Positions 1-8,067 of a stretch of 14,484 nt of DNA are shown here, piece after piece; position 1 is the first letter of the stretch; every line of letters begins with the position of its first letter. Source of the stretch: Thermodesulfovibrionales bacterium. GTDB taxonomy: Bacteria > Nitrospirota > Thermodesulfovibrionia > Thermodesulfovibrionales > UBA6898. Location of the stretch: positions 1 through 14,484 of the forward strand of contig JBIOIY010000064.1 of assembly GCA_044450345.1 (NCBI GenBank), written 5' to 3'. The notes under the pieces are model-generated. The model was not told where the DNA came from and searched no databases. It saw only the letters and a list, made by a program, of their open reading frames with translations. Made by a program: the position numbers and the translations under genes.

Positions 1-741
1 ACCACGGCTGTTTCCACTATTGCAGGGGATAGTACCGGTCTGCCCAGCTGGCTCTGGAGTTCCGTTACAGTCAATCCTGTAGGAGGCGGCACCTCCCGCT
101 CGAAATACTTTAACAGTTCCGGCACATGGACGGTGCCTACCAATGTGTCTCTCATCTGGGTCACCGCTTGGGGAGGAGGAGGGGGCGGCGGCGGCGGTCA
201 AAACAATAATGGCTGGGGTATATGTTCAGGCGGCGGCGGCGGTAGCAGCTCTTTTGTATCGGCCTATCCTTTGGCTGTGACGGCTGGAGGCACTGTCACA
301 ATAACTATCGGTGCCGCAGGCCCTGGCGGTCCCGCAAACGGTAACGGCTCATACGGTGGGACTACAACTGTCACTGGCAGTATTAATTCGGTAAGTGTCC
401 CCGGGGGGCAGGGTGGTTGTGGCTATAGTAGCTGTCCCGGAAGCTATCCATCCACTAACTGCTCCGGGGGTAACGGCGGCAGTCCCAATTATTGGACTGG
501 AGGGGCAATGGCTGGAATCAACGGCATTGACGGGTTGCTTTCCTCTATGGGGTCGAAGGGGGGAAACGGCGGCGCAGGATATAACGGCCCGGGCGGTGTG
601 GGCTCGAGTACGGGCAACGGTGCCGCAGCTACAGCCAATACCGGCGGAGGTGGTGGAGGAGCAAAGTATAACATGGCTTTCGAGGGTTACGTGGGAGGGG
701 CTGGCGGCTCCGGCGGTGTCATAATCGCATGGATACAATAA
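1..741 (+). CDS. 5'-truncated protein with a C-terminal glycine-rich domain (adhesin, tail-fibre or pilus-tip-like)
   Basis: Frame +1 is open from base 1 (TTAVSTIAGDSTGLPSWLWSS...), so the real start is probably upstream of the window. It contains the motif YFNSSGTWTVP..V..IWVTAWGGGGGGG and ends ANTGGGGGG...GGAGGSGGVIIAW, typical of Gly-rich domains of tail fibres and adhesins. Confidence 0.75.
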   Translation, partial: TTAVSTIAGDSTGLPSWLWSSVTVNPVGGGTSRSKYFNSSGTWTVPTNVSLIWVTAWGGGGGGGGGQNNNGWGICSGGGGGSSSFVSAYPLAVTAGGTVTITIGAAGPGGPANGNGSYGGTTTVTGSINSVSVPGGQGGCGYSSCPGSYPSTNCSGGNGGSPNYWTGGAMAGINGIDGLLSSMGSKGGNGGAGYNGPGGVGSSTGNGAAATANTGGGGGGAKYNMAFEGYVGGAGGSGGVIIAWIQ

Positions 742-761
742 AAAAATTTTTGGAGGTTGCT

Positions 762-1403
762 ATGCACCTACGATTATCAATTCTTTTTGTTTTACTTTTG
801 TCATCCTGTGGCGGCGGCAGCGCAGGGAATCCAGGCACACAGATAGGCGGAGGTTCTTGGGGCGTTATCACTGCTTCCATCGCGCCAGGGGTTGATTCCA
901 GTTCCAGTTCATCTTCTTCCACAACGACTCTGGCGGCCAGAGGCAGGGATGTGGACATTTTCCAGACAGCAAACTGTAGTACTAGCCCGACCACTCCTGT
1001 GCCTGAGCCGTTTACCGATCACGATTCAATCGTAACACTCACTTTGAGCGCAGCCAATCCTAAAGAGCCGGTTCAGAACTACATAGTTGAAGGCTATCGT
1101 ATTGACTACACCACCGAAACTCCTGGAGCTCCTCCTATAGCGTCTTTCACATCGGGATCGCAAAGTATGATTTTAGAACAGGACAAGTCCCTCACACAGC
1201 AGGTGGTCATGGTGGATATCAGCCGCAAATTAAAACTGGCGCAGGATCTTACTTCGGGACAGTACCAGCCGGCAGCGACATATCCGACCTACACGGCGAT
1301 ATACACATTTTATGGCCATGATATCTACGGCAACGCTTTTCAGACCGTGGTTCAGACAAACTTTGAGGTCGGGGATTTTAACTATTGCCCCGCGGGGGCA
1401 TAA
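762..1403 (+). CDS. Hypothetical lipoprotein (213 aa)
   Basis: RBS GGAGG at 752-756 precedes ATG 762, a better start than 729. Signal peptide MHLRLSILFVLLLSS-C with lipobox, poly-Ser linker, beta-rich body and a possible Cys pair (ANC...NYC). Confidence 0.8.
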   Translation: MHLRLSILFVLLLSSCGGGSAGNPGTQIGGGSWGVITASIAPGVDSSSSSSSSTTTLAARGRDVDIFQTANCSTSPTTPVPEPFTDHDSIVTLTLSAANPKEPVQNYIVEGYRIDYTTETPGAPPIASFTSGSQSMILEQDKSLTQQVVMVDISRKLKLAQDLTSGQYQPAATYPTYTAIYTFYGHDIYGNAFQTVVQTNFEVGDFNYCPAGA

Positions 1404-1412
1404 GGGACTGAG

Positions 1413-3239
1413 ATGAAAAAATATATTCGCCATAGCATGTTCCCCAGGATCTCTTCAATGTGCTTCGCTGTTGCGCTTCTTCTTTCAATAGCGTCGTGTA
1501 GCGGGGGAGGTGCCGGTTCACCGACCGTTTCACAGGGTGTAGGCACACCTGCTACAAACCTTTCCCTTTTTGCCGATAAAGTGGTCGTTGGGACCGGCAA
1601 TCCCATACTCCTACAGGCGGTCCTGAGTGACGGAAACGGTAAACCCCTGGTCGGGCAGCCTGTCGCATTTTCAGTTGTAAGCGGTGCTGCTACTATTGCG
1701 TCGCCTCAGGCCACGACAAATACAAAAGGCGTTGCCACGTCAGTGCTTTCCAATGTAAATCTTCTGCCCGGGATTGTCGTAGTCACCGCTCAGACAGCCG
1801 CCGCCGGGGCCTCTCGGGTCCTCTACTTTTTAAGTTCTCCTGATAGCTACCCGGCGTTATCTTTAGTGCCGGATGCAAACGGCGATGGCCGTTTCGGGGA
1901 GCCCGCGGACTATACGGTCGAAGCAGACGGACATAGCAGTGTTCTTCTGAAAGTCACCGATTACGACATGACCGGCACCCTTGCGCCCGGCAGGTCCATT
2001 ATTTTTGGCTCAGACTTTCAGGGTCTTACTTTCGATAAGTCCAGGGCGGTCACAGGTTCTGACGGAGCTGCCTACGCCTCTTTCACTATTTCTGCCGCTT
2101 CTGTGAACAATAAAACAGCAATCACCGTTTACGCAACGGACTCCACAAACGGAGTATCCGATTTAATAACGGTCAATGCCACGCCTATTACCGCTGGCAG
2201 CATAAATATGACGGCGGGCAATGTGTCGATCACTACCGCCCTACAGACAACCGTCACCGCGTGCGTGCTGTCGACGGATGGCCTCGCTATGCCTGACGGT
2301 ACCCTCGTCCGCTTCGGCGTGTCACCGCAATCCGGAGGCAGCATCGACCAGATTCTTGCCAATACCAAAGTCGGCTGCTGTAGCGTTAACTTTACGGCAG
2401 GGCAGACCCCAGGTCGCGTCTCCGTGACTGCAAACAGCCAGGGCGTCTCGGGAAGCATCGCACTTACTGTAAGCAATCCCCCGCGACCGCTTGCTCTTAC
2501 GCCCGCGACGGGCAACGCCTCCATTAATACGTCTCTTACGATGATGGTTACCGGCGGTGTCGCCCCTTATCATGCGCTTGCAAATACATCCACTGCTTCA
2601 GTAAAAGGTGGTAATGTGACAAGCGACGGCGGTACCTTCACCGTGTCTGATTCCGCTGCGGAAAGCGTGGGTATCACCGTTCATGACTCCGTGGGCAATA
2701 CTGCCACTGGTTCGGTTGTATTTACGGACAATACGTCTCCCCTTCTGATCTCGCCAGGTGCGAGCTCTGGAACTATGGGGAAGAATTATCTATTTGCGGT
2801 AACAGGTGGTGTGCCGCCCTATCAGATCATGGCGGGGTCGACAACTGCAACGATTAACCCGTTGAAGGTTATTACTAACGGAGGCACCTTCCAGGTCAGC
2901 GATACTGCGGCAGAGATTGTTACGATTACCGCACTCGATTCACGTATGACAGCGGCCACCGCGACAATGACTTTCACTGATAATACGCCCCTTGTCGGGG
3001 TATTGCCTCAGGGCGCTTCAGTTGCTATTGGGGTTCCAATCTCTTTTTTTATTACGGGAGGGACTGCTCCCTTTAGCGTATTTCTAACCTCTACTACGGC
3101 TGTCGCAGTGCCTGCCACTGGGATCCCATCAGGAGGAACGTTTACGGTTACGGACACAGCCCCTGAGAGTGTCATCGTAACCGTTGAGGATGCTCATAGC
3201 CAAACAGCTACCTCTACCTTAACCGTGGTAGGGCCATAA
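1413..3239 (+). CDS. Surface lipoprotein with Ig-like (invasin/Big_1-like) domains and three C-terminal ~84-aa repeats; putative adhesin
   Basis: Lipobox IAS-C. Big_1-like segments (A.LSDGNGKPL.GQ.V.F...ATTNTKGVA; DG.AMPDGT.V.F). DANGDG Ca-binding-like loop. Thr/Ser/Val/Gly-rich. Three TGG.(A/P)P(Y/F) repeats. Confidence 0.8.
   Translation: MKKYIRHSMFPRISSMCFAVALLLSIASCSGGGAGSPTVSQGVGTPATNLSLFADKVVVGTGNPILLQAVLSDGNGKPLVGQPVAFSVVSGAATIASPQATTNTKGVATSVLSNVNLLPGIVVVTAQTAAAGASRVLYFLSSPDSYPALSLVPDANGDGRFGEPADYTVEADGHSSVLLKVTDYDMTGTLAPGRSIIFGSDFQGLTFDKSRAVTGSDGAAYASFTISAASVNNKTAITVYATDSTNGVSDLITVNATPITAGSINMTAGNVSITTALQTTVTACVLSTDGLAMPDGTLVRFGVSPQSGGSIDQILANTKVGCCSVNFTAGQTPGRVSVTANSQGVSGSIALTVSNPPRPLALTPATGNASINTSLTMMVTGGVAPYHALANTSTASVKGGNVTSDGGTFTVSDSAAESVGITVHDSVGNTATGSVVFTDNTSPLLISPGASSGTMGKNYLFAVTGGVPPYQIMAGSTTATINPLKVITNGGTFQVSDTAAEIVTITALDSRMTAATATMTFTDNTPLVGVLPQGASVAIGVPISFFITGGTAPFSVFLTSTTAVAVPATGIPSGGTFTVTDTAPESVIVTVEDAHSQTATSTLTVVGP
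2487..3236 (+). repeat. Three tandem protein-level repeats of about 84, 83 and 83 aa
   Basis: Units start at 2487 (PLALTP), 2739 (PLLISP) and 2988 (PLVGVLP). Each has TGG.(A/P)P(Y/F), GGTF.V(S/T)D(S/T)A.E.V and (I/V)T..D....AT. Confidence 0.9.
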
Positions 3240-3240
3240 A

Positions 3241-4107
3241 ATGTGTCACCCGGGATTGAAAACGGCTTGGGACCGAAGGTTCTTTGAGTCCTGCCTTTTC
3301 GCGTTCTTTGCTGTTTTCATCCTGTTTACCCAGATACCGATATCCTCTGCGGGCGAGTACTTCTCCTGTGATCAGATGGACCACTTCGCCTCGGAGAGTT
3401 CCTGTGCCCAGGCGCAGACGGCACGAAGAGCCGCGGCGCAGCAGCAAAATTCCACAGGCAAACAGCAGGAAAATGGCGGATTCACGAAAGAACAAATTGA
3501 GCTTTGGGCGGAGCCTACCGTAGACAGCAGCGGAAAAGTGATTTCCAAGTTGCCGCCTCTTCCAGTTCTAAGGGCCCTTGCGGATCCCACCCCGGAAAAT
3601 GCGCAAGCCTATATTGAGTGGAACAAAAAAAGGGCTGATGCGCTTTCCAAATTCGTACATCTGACTTCTCCCGGCGAGGATAAGACGCTTACGCTTCAAA
3701 ACGTCAGCGAGATCAAAAAAGTTGATTTCTATTTCTCACCCACATGCCCTTATAGTATGCAGCAAGCTCCCGTTGTTGAAGGGCTTGCAAAGAAGGTAGG
3801 GTATACAAAGGTTGCCGCATTTACTGCTTCAACGGATATCCGGTCCATACAGGACTTCGTGCAAAAAACAGCGATTATGATGAAAATATTTATTGCCCCG
3901 GATAGACTGTCCCAAAATGGAGTAACCGCTGTTCCTGTCACAATTATAGAGACTATTGATGGTCGCAAACTTAGGTATGATGGCTTCACAGATAATTTTA
4001 TCGGCAGCCCATCAGGGCAAAACGCTGCGGATACTGCAGCGGGGATATCGCAGTCCCTTTCACAGGGTAACAATCAAGGGGGGAAACAGCAATGCGGAGC
4101 AAAATGA
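3241..4107 (+). CDS. traF: TraF-like pilus assembly protein with a thioredoxin-like fold
   Basis: N-terminal hydrophobic signal. TraF-type motif ALADPTPENAQAYIEW. Thioredoxin-like FYFSPTCPYS and GVTAVP. Lies directly upstream of traH/traG-like genes, as in traFHG operons. Confidence 0.7.
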   Translation: MCHPGLKTAWDRRFFESCLFAFFAVFILFTQIPISSAGEYFSCDQMDHFASESSCAQAQTARRAAAQQQNSTGKQQENGGFTKEQIELWAEPTVDSSGKVISKLPPLPVLRALADPTPENAQAYIEWNKKRADALSKFVHLTSPGEDKTLTLQNVSEIKKVDFYFSPTCPYSMQQAPVVEGLAKKVGYTKVAAFTASTDIRSIQDFVQKTAIMMKIFIAPDRLSQNGVTAVPVTIIETIDGRKLRYDGFTDNFIGSPSGQNAADTAAGISQSLSQGNNQGGKQQCGAK

Positions 4108-5303
4108 TTTTCATCGTGACCATAGCGGCCCTTTGGTTCGTAAATCAAGCTGCCGCCGGCGATCTGATGCAGCAATACCTGCAAAATAATAGCCAGTACT
4201 CAAAGGGACAAATCAGCTATAGCTTAGGCCCGACTATCCCTGCTCCAAGTGGTCAAAGCACCACTGTGAATCTGAGTGCAGGAATTGTTCCTAATGGAAG
4301 CTGCGGAGCCCTTTCGCTCAAGGCCGCGTTGCCGTCCATATCGCAGACAGTTCAGGGGCTTGAAAACCAAGCCTTCGGGATACTGAATGGCGTAATTACA
4401 AGTGCGCCGATGCTGGCTATTTGTTATGCGAGTCAAACGTTGTGTGATATCTATAAGTATTACAGGGCGAACGCCAACGCCGCACTTACTTTTAAGCAGA
4501 GCCAGTGCCAGGCCATAGAGAAACTTGCGGCCGATGCAGGAAGCTCGCTCAGAAATCAGAGAATCATGCAATGCATACAGGAGCACGGTGGTGACTATAC
4601 CGCCGCACTCGATGATTGTGGGACACCAACTGACCTACACGACCCTGTTACCGGACAGCTTACTGCAGGGTATAAACTATCTGACGTTGTGGGAAACGTT
4701 GCCCCTGATAATCCTGCGGTGAACCAATACGTTACCCAATTGTTAGGCGACATTCAATTCAACGCATCTGCCGGCATGAGCACATTGAATGCCCAAAGGT
4801 TAGGGCAGGAATACATGCTGGGGGACCTTACAAAGAAATACTATAACGCCTTAAAATCATACGACGGCACGGTTCCCCCGGCCGGAGATCCCTTTTATCA
4901 GACAGTATCAACCCCGGGGTTTCCTCTGAATCCGATGATAATGAATAAAATTGTGCTCTTAGACCCCGCAACCAGAGACAATTTTTATCAGGGATATGCA
5001 ACTGTAGCATCGATGACGGAAATGACTTACAGGATAGAAGATGCGACAAACGCCTTAGAGACAGCAAAAAATTCTCAAAAAGATAAAGATTCAATCGCCA
5101 AGACTGAGCAGTTTATCACGCAATTGCATAGGGAATATGACATGCTGGAAAAGAAGATGGCTCTCCAAAGAGATTATCTCGTCCCGATGTTCACAGCATT
5201 AATGGCTACCCAGGTTCCGGGGCGACCGGGGATTGTTACACCGGTCGACGTCCAGAACTCGCGGCCTCCGTTGCCTACACTTAATTCGCCGTGGTCCAAA
5301 TGA
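4092..5303 (+). CDS. traH: TraH-like periplasmic conjugation protein, resembling the PFGI-1-class ICE PFL_4711-type family
   Basis: Signal peptide; SCG motif; APMLAICYASQTLCDIY...QCQAIEKLA segment; C-terminal coiled coil; position between traF and traG. An alternative start at ATG 4104 overlaps the traF stop (ATGA). Confidence 0.65.
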   Translation: MRSKMIFIVTIAALWFVNQAAAGDLMQQYLQNNSQYSKGQISYSLGPTIPAPSGQSTTVNLSAGIVPNGSCGALSLKAALPSISQTVQGLENQAFGILNGVITSAPMLAICYASQTLCDIYKYYRANANAALTFKQSQCQAIEKLAADAGSSLRNQRIMQCIQEHGGDYTAALDDCGTPTDLHDPVTGQLTAGYKLSDVVGNVAPDNPAVNQYVTQLLGDIQFNASAGMSTLNAQRLGQEYMLGDLTKKYYNALKSYDGTVPPAGDPFYQTVSTPGFPLNPMIMNKIVLLDPATRDNFYQGYATVASMTEMTYRIEDATNALETAKNSQKDKDSIAKTEQFITQLHREYDMLEKKMALQRDYLVPMFTALMATQVPGRPGIVTPVDVQNSRPPLPTLNSPWSK

Positions 5304-6784
5304 CTAAAGCGGGAGTCTTTTCTATAATTGTCGCTGTCTTTGTCTCTTTACCTGCCGTTAAAGCACATGCCTTTATGGATGGCCAGAACTTTGCCTGCCC
5401 GATTGAATCTGGAGCCACAATCGGGCAGCAAAACCTCGGGCAACTGATCAATCAAGATTTTCACATTGTCACTAGTTCTGCTCTAGGGGGCTCTGCCTTT
5501 AAAGCCGCTTTTGCCCTTGCTGTTTTTGTCATGATTGTTAAATTTGCTTTCGGGAAGGGGCAGGAAAGCTTCGTCGAATTTGTTGCTTACTTTTTGATAG
5601 CCGGGGCGTTAGTCGCGCCGGTACCCGGGGCAGGGAAATCTATCCTGCTCCTGGGCGCTGACATGGGGGATTCAATATTTCAAAATATCGTGCAACAGAT
5701 TGGCGGACTCGATAACAGAGTCCCGGGCGGCGGTGCAGGCGCCCTAGCCGCTTTCAATACGAGTCTACAGGCTGCCGCAAAAGATCAGCAAGCGAACATG
5801 AACTGGTTCAATAAAAATTGCTATGGGCCGGTCACCCAATTGGCCGCCCAGTCAGGCATCCAGTTTACGGGCCCTACCGACCCGGCTTTGGATAATTTCA
5901 CAGCTACTGTAAGTAACCAGTCGGTACAGAGCGGATATAACAATTTAGTAATTGAACCGCCTACCTGGGCCATGAAAGCCTTTACGCCGCTTACCTCAAC
6001 CCCCGGACAGATCTCATGTTCTGACCTCAAAAAAGAGATAACGTCCAATCTGGGCACTGCATATTCAACAACTCTTCAGGCTTACCAGACTCAGTTAAAC
6101 CTTCCGGCCGGTTCGCCAGCCGGTCAACTCTTTTCGAAATATCAACTTTCAAACGGTAGTTCTGGTATTACCCCGGATGAAGTTTTCAAGGATGCTTTCG
6201 CACAGAGCAGTGCCCGCTATTCGATGGATCAAACAGACTTGATGCCCTCCTGGCTTAGGCGTATTGTGGGCAACGCCCCGGGCGAAGTCGGTCAAGGTGG
6301 ATATAGTTGGGGCGATATTAGTAGGGGTTTTGCCACGTCCCCTTTCAGGCTTGTGATGATGGAGTTGGGTGAGCTTTTTGTTTTTATATTCGATTATTAC
6401 ATATACAATATGGTATCCGTTATAAAAATGTTTTCCGCGATGGGAATGGCTTTTGGCATCCTTTATTATATGTGGTTCAAGCGCCTTGACCTGCCTCTTG
6501 GCGCTCTTGGGGTATGGCTATCCGCTAACGGATTTTATGTGGTTGCCGCCATTGCTCTGGATCAGTTCTATAAAAAGGCCGACTACACTGTCTATTCAAC
6601 CTCCCTAACTATAGGGGGAGCGAAAAATGCACTTCAGGATGCGCTTTTTACAGTGGCGCTAATGGGGACTATGAGTACTGTATTAGCGGGTTTGCTGTCT
6701 TGGAAAGGAGCGTCTTTCGCAATGCACCACTTCGCCAGAGGCGGTGACGGATTCACTAAGGCGGCAAAACTGGCGATGAAATAG
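5300..6784 (+). CDS. traG: TraG N-terminal-domain (VirB6-like) inner-membrane protein, short form (494 aa)
   Basis: ATG 5300 overlaps the traH TGA (ATGA). N-terminal TM helices, a periplasmic region with the Cys pair FNKNCY...ISC, and several C-terminal TM helices. Follows traF-traH. Confidence 0.65.
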   Translation: MTKAGVFSIIVAVFVSLPAVKAHAFMDGQNFACPIESGATIGQQNLGQLINQDFHIVTSSALGGSAFKAAFALAVFVMIVKFAFGKGQESFVEFVAYFLIAGALVAPVPGAGKSILLLGADMGDSIFQNIVQQIGGLDNRVPGGGAGALAAFNTSLQAAAKDQQANMNWFNKNCYGPVTQLAAQSGIQFTGPTDPALDNFTATVSNQSVQSGYNNLVIEPPTWAMKAFTPLTSTPGQISCSDLKKEITSNLGTAYSTTLQAYQTQLNLPAGSPAGQLFSKYQLSNGSSGITPDEVFKDAFAQSSARYSMDQTDLMPSWLRRIVGNAPGEVGQGGYSWGDISRGFATSPFRLVMMELGELFVFIFDYYIYNMVSVIKMFSAMGMAFGILYYMWFKRLDLPLGALGVWLSANGFYVVAAIALDQFYKKADYTVYSTSLTIGGAKNALQDALFTVALMGTMSTVLAGLLSWKGASFAMHHFARGGDGFTKAAKLAMK

Positions 6785-6818
6785 TTAGCCAGTTACCGAG
6801 AGAGGTATCAGTCCCAGC

Positions 6819-7028
6819 CTACGTGTGCTTGCGCAAAAATTGTATGAAGGCACCCAACACGATGATTGCCAATATAAAATCGCTTGTGTCGGAATGGCCT
6901 ATAAAAGGTGTCAGCAACCAGCGCAATCCGAAAAATAATGAGCCACAAGCCAAAAAAGCCACCCCATAAAGCCCCCATAAATAATCCCCTGCGTCTATCG
7001 TAACCATGAACCGTCTTTTTCTCTCCAT
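6819..7028 (-). CDS. Small 2-TM membrane protein (69 aa); candidate entry-exclusion protein
   Basis: Strong RBS AAAGGAG and its own sigma70-like promoter. Two hydrophobic helices with basic termini. Convergent with traG, the arrangement of eex in SXT/R391 elements. Confidence 0.65.
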   Translation of the reverse strand: MERKRRFMVTIDAGDYLWGLYGVAFLACGSLFFGLRWLLTPFIGHSDTSDFILAIIVLGAFIQFLRKHT

Positions 7029-7053
7029 ATCTAATACTCCTTTCTATACTTTA

Positions 7054-7081
7054 TTTATAGGTTTTTTAAACATTTTGTCAA
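7054..7081 (-). promoter_or_regulatory. Sigma70-type promoter for the small membrane protein gene
   Basis: On the minus strand: TTGACA (7081-7076), 16-nt spacer, TATAAA (7059-7054). Confidence 0.65.
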
Positions 7082-7119
7082 TACCCCCTCAGTCGCGGAG
7101 TCGTTTTTAATATCTCCTA

Positions 7120-7239
7120 TATCGCCATTGCCAAAACCCTCTAGCAAGGAAACAGGCAGGGCGATACGGGTGCCTTCTTCGGAAGGTGCAGGGTGAGTCA
7201 CTCTGCTGTACTCTCTCGGGCGTGCGGCGGGGTGACTCA
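7120..7239 (+). promoter_or_regulatory. Structured 5' leader of traT with three consecutive hairpins
   Basis: Hairpin 7120-7166 (TATCGCC-A-TTGCC/GGCAG-GGCGATA). Hairpin 7170-7189, 8 bp with a C(UUCG)G tetraloop. Hairpin 7194-7239, 18 bp, whose four non-Watson-Crick positions are all U-G pairs on the + strand. Confidence 0.75.
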
Positions 7240-7269
7240 AATTCTCCCACGAGCGGAAAGGAGTATTTC

Positions 7270-8004
7270 ATGACAACTAAGTATAGAGTGTTGCTCTTGG
7301 CAGTTTTCGCCTTGGCAGTCGCTCTGCTGTCCGGCTGTGGCGGTACCATCCAGGCTATTCAGAACAGGGATATGTCTCTTTCGGCCAAGATGACTGACAC
7401 AATCTTCCTTGACCCGGAAACGATCATAGACCACCGGAATGTTTTTGTTCGTGTCACAAACACATCAGACTTCCAGGAGATAGATTTCAGCAACATACTT
7501 AAGAACAAACTGGCTTCGAAAGGATTCACGGTCACTACTATAGCGAAAGGCGCCTATATCGTACAGGCCAATCTGCTGTATATGGGGCAAGAAAAGAAGG
7601 ACCTCACGGCTGACGGCATGATCGCGGGCGGTTTCGGAGGCGCACTATTGGGGAGTACCGTAGGCTCCGGCTGGAAAGGCCCCTCCCTCGCCGCTGCGGG
7701 AGCAGGAATTGCCGGAGCTGTGGCCGGGGCTGTTGTCGGCTCCATGATACATGTGGATACCTACTTTGGCGCTGTCGATATCCAGATTAAGGAGCCAACA
7801 GACGAAGCAGTAGAACGAGCTGTCCGGACTGATGCCCAGCAGGGATCTTCTACTACTGTTAGTACTACCAGTTCTAAAGTGACGGATAAACAGGAATACC
7901 GTACCCGCATCGTTGTGAAGGCTACACAGACCAATATCAACCGCATGGAAGCTTGTAACGCAATAGCCGATCGGCTGGCAAATCAGATTGCCGGCTTGTT
8001 CTGA
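7270..8004 (+). CDS. traT: TraT surface-exclusion / complement-resistance outer-membrane lipoprotein (244 aa)
   Basis: RBS AAAGGAG at 7257-7263 before ATG 7270. Lipobox LSG-C; AIQNRDMSLSAKMTDTIFLDP; NTSD; YIVQANLL; Gly/Ala zipper; DIQIKE; YRTRIVVKA; C-terminal IAGLF. All match the TraT family. Confidence 0.93.
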   Translation: MTTKYRVLLLAVFALAVALLSGCGGTIQAIQNRDMSLSAKMTDTIFLDPETIIDHRNVFVRVTNTSDFQEIDFSNILKNKLASKGFTVTTIAKGAYIVQANLLYMGQEKKDLTADGMIAGGFGGALLGSTVGSGWKGPSLAAAGAGIAGAVAGAVVGSMIHVDTYFGAVDIQIKEPTDEAVERAVRTDAQQGSSTTVSTTSSKVTDKQEYRTRIVVKATQTNINRMEACNAIADRLANQIAGLF

Positions 8005-8019
8005 TTAAATACATTTACC

Positions 8020-8041
8020 CGACTGGCCTAACAGCCGGTCG
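8020..8041 (+). other. Stem-loop downstream of traT without a U-tract (possible 3' mRNA stabiliser or attenuator)
   Basis: CGACTGGC-CTAACA-GCCGGTCG forms an 8-bp stem with one U-G pair. Confidence 0.5.
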
Positions 8042-8067
8042 CTGTCGTTAACCAACTGGAGGAATAT

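Noticed and set aside
1..741. Prophage tail-fibre gene
   Set aside because: The domain also occurs in phage fibres, but all identifiable neighbours are conjugation or envelope genes and there are no phage structural genes.
1..760. Shufflon or diversity-generating retroelement acting on the Gly-rich tip gene
   Set aside because: No alternative inverted C-terminal cassettes, repeated recombination sites, template repeat, recombinase or reverse transcriptase are visible in the window.
7186..7269. N-terminal extension of TraT given in the ORF track
   Set aside because: ATG 7270 has a strong RBS and gives a canonical lipoprotein signal and length. The extension coincides with the RNA hairpins.
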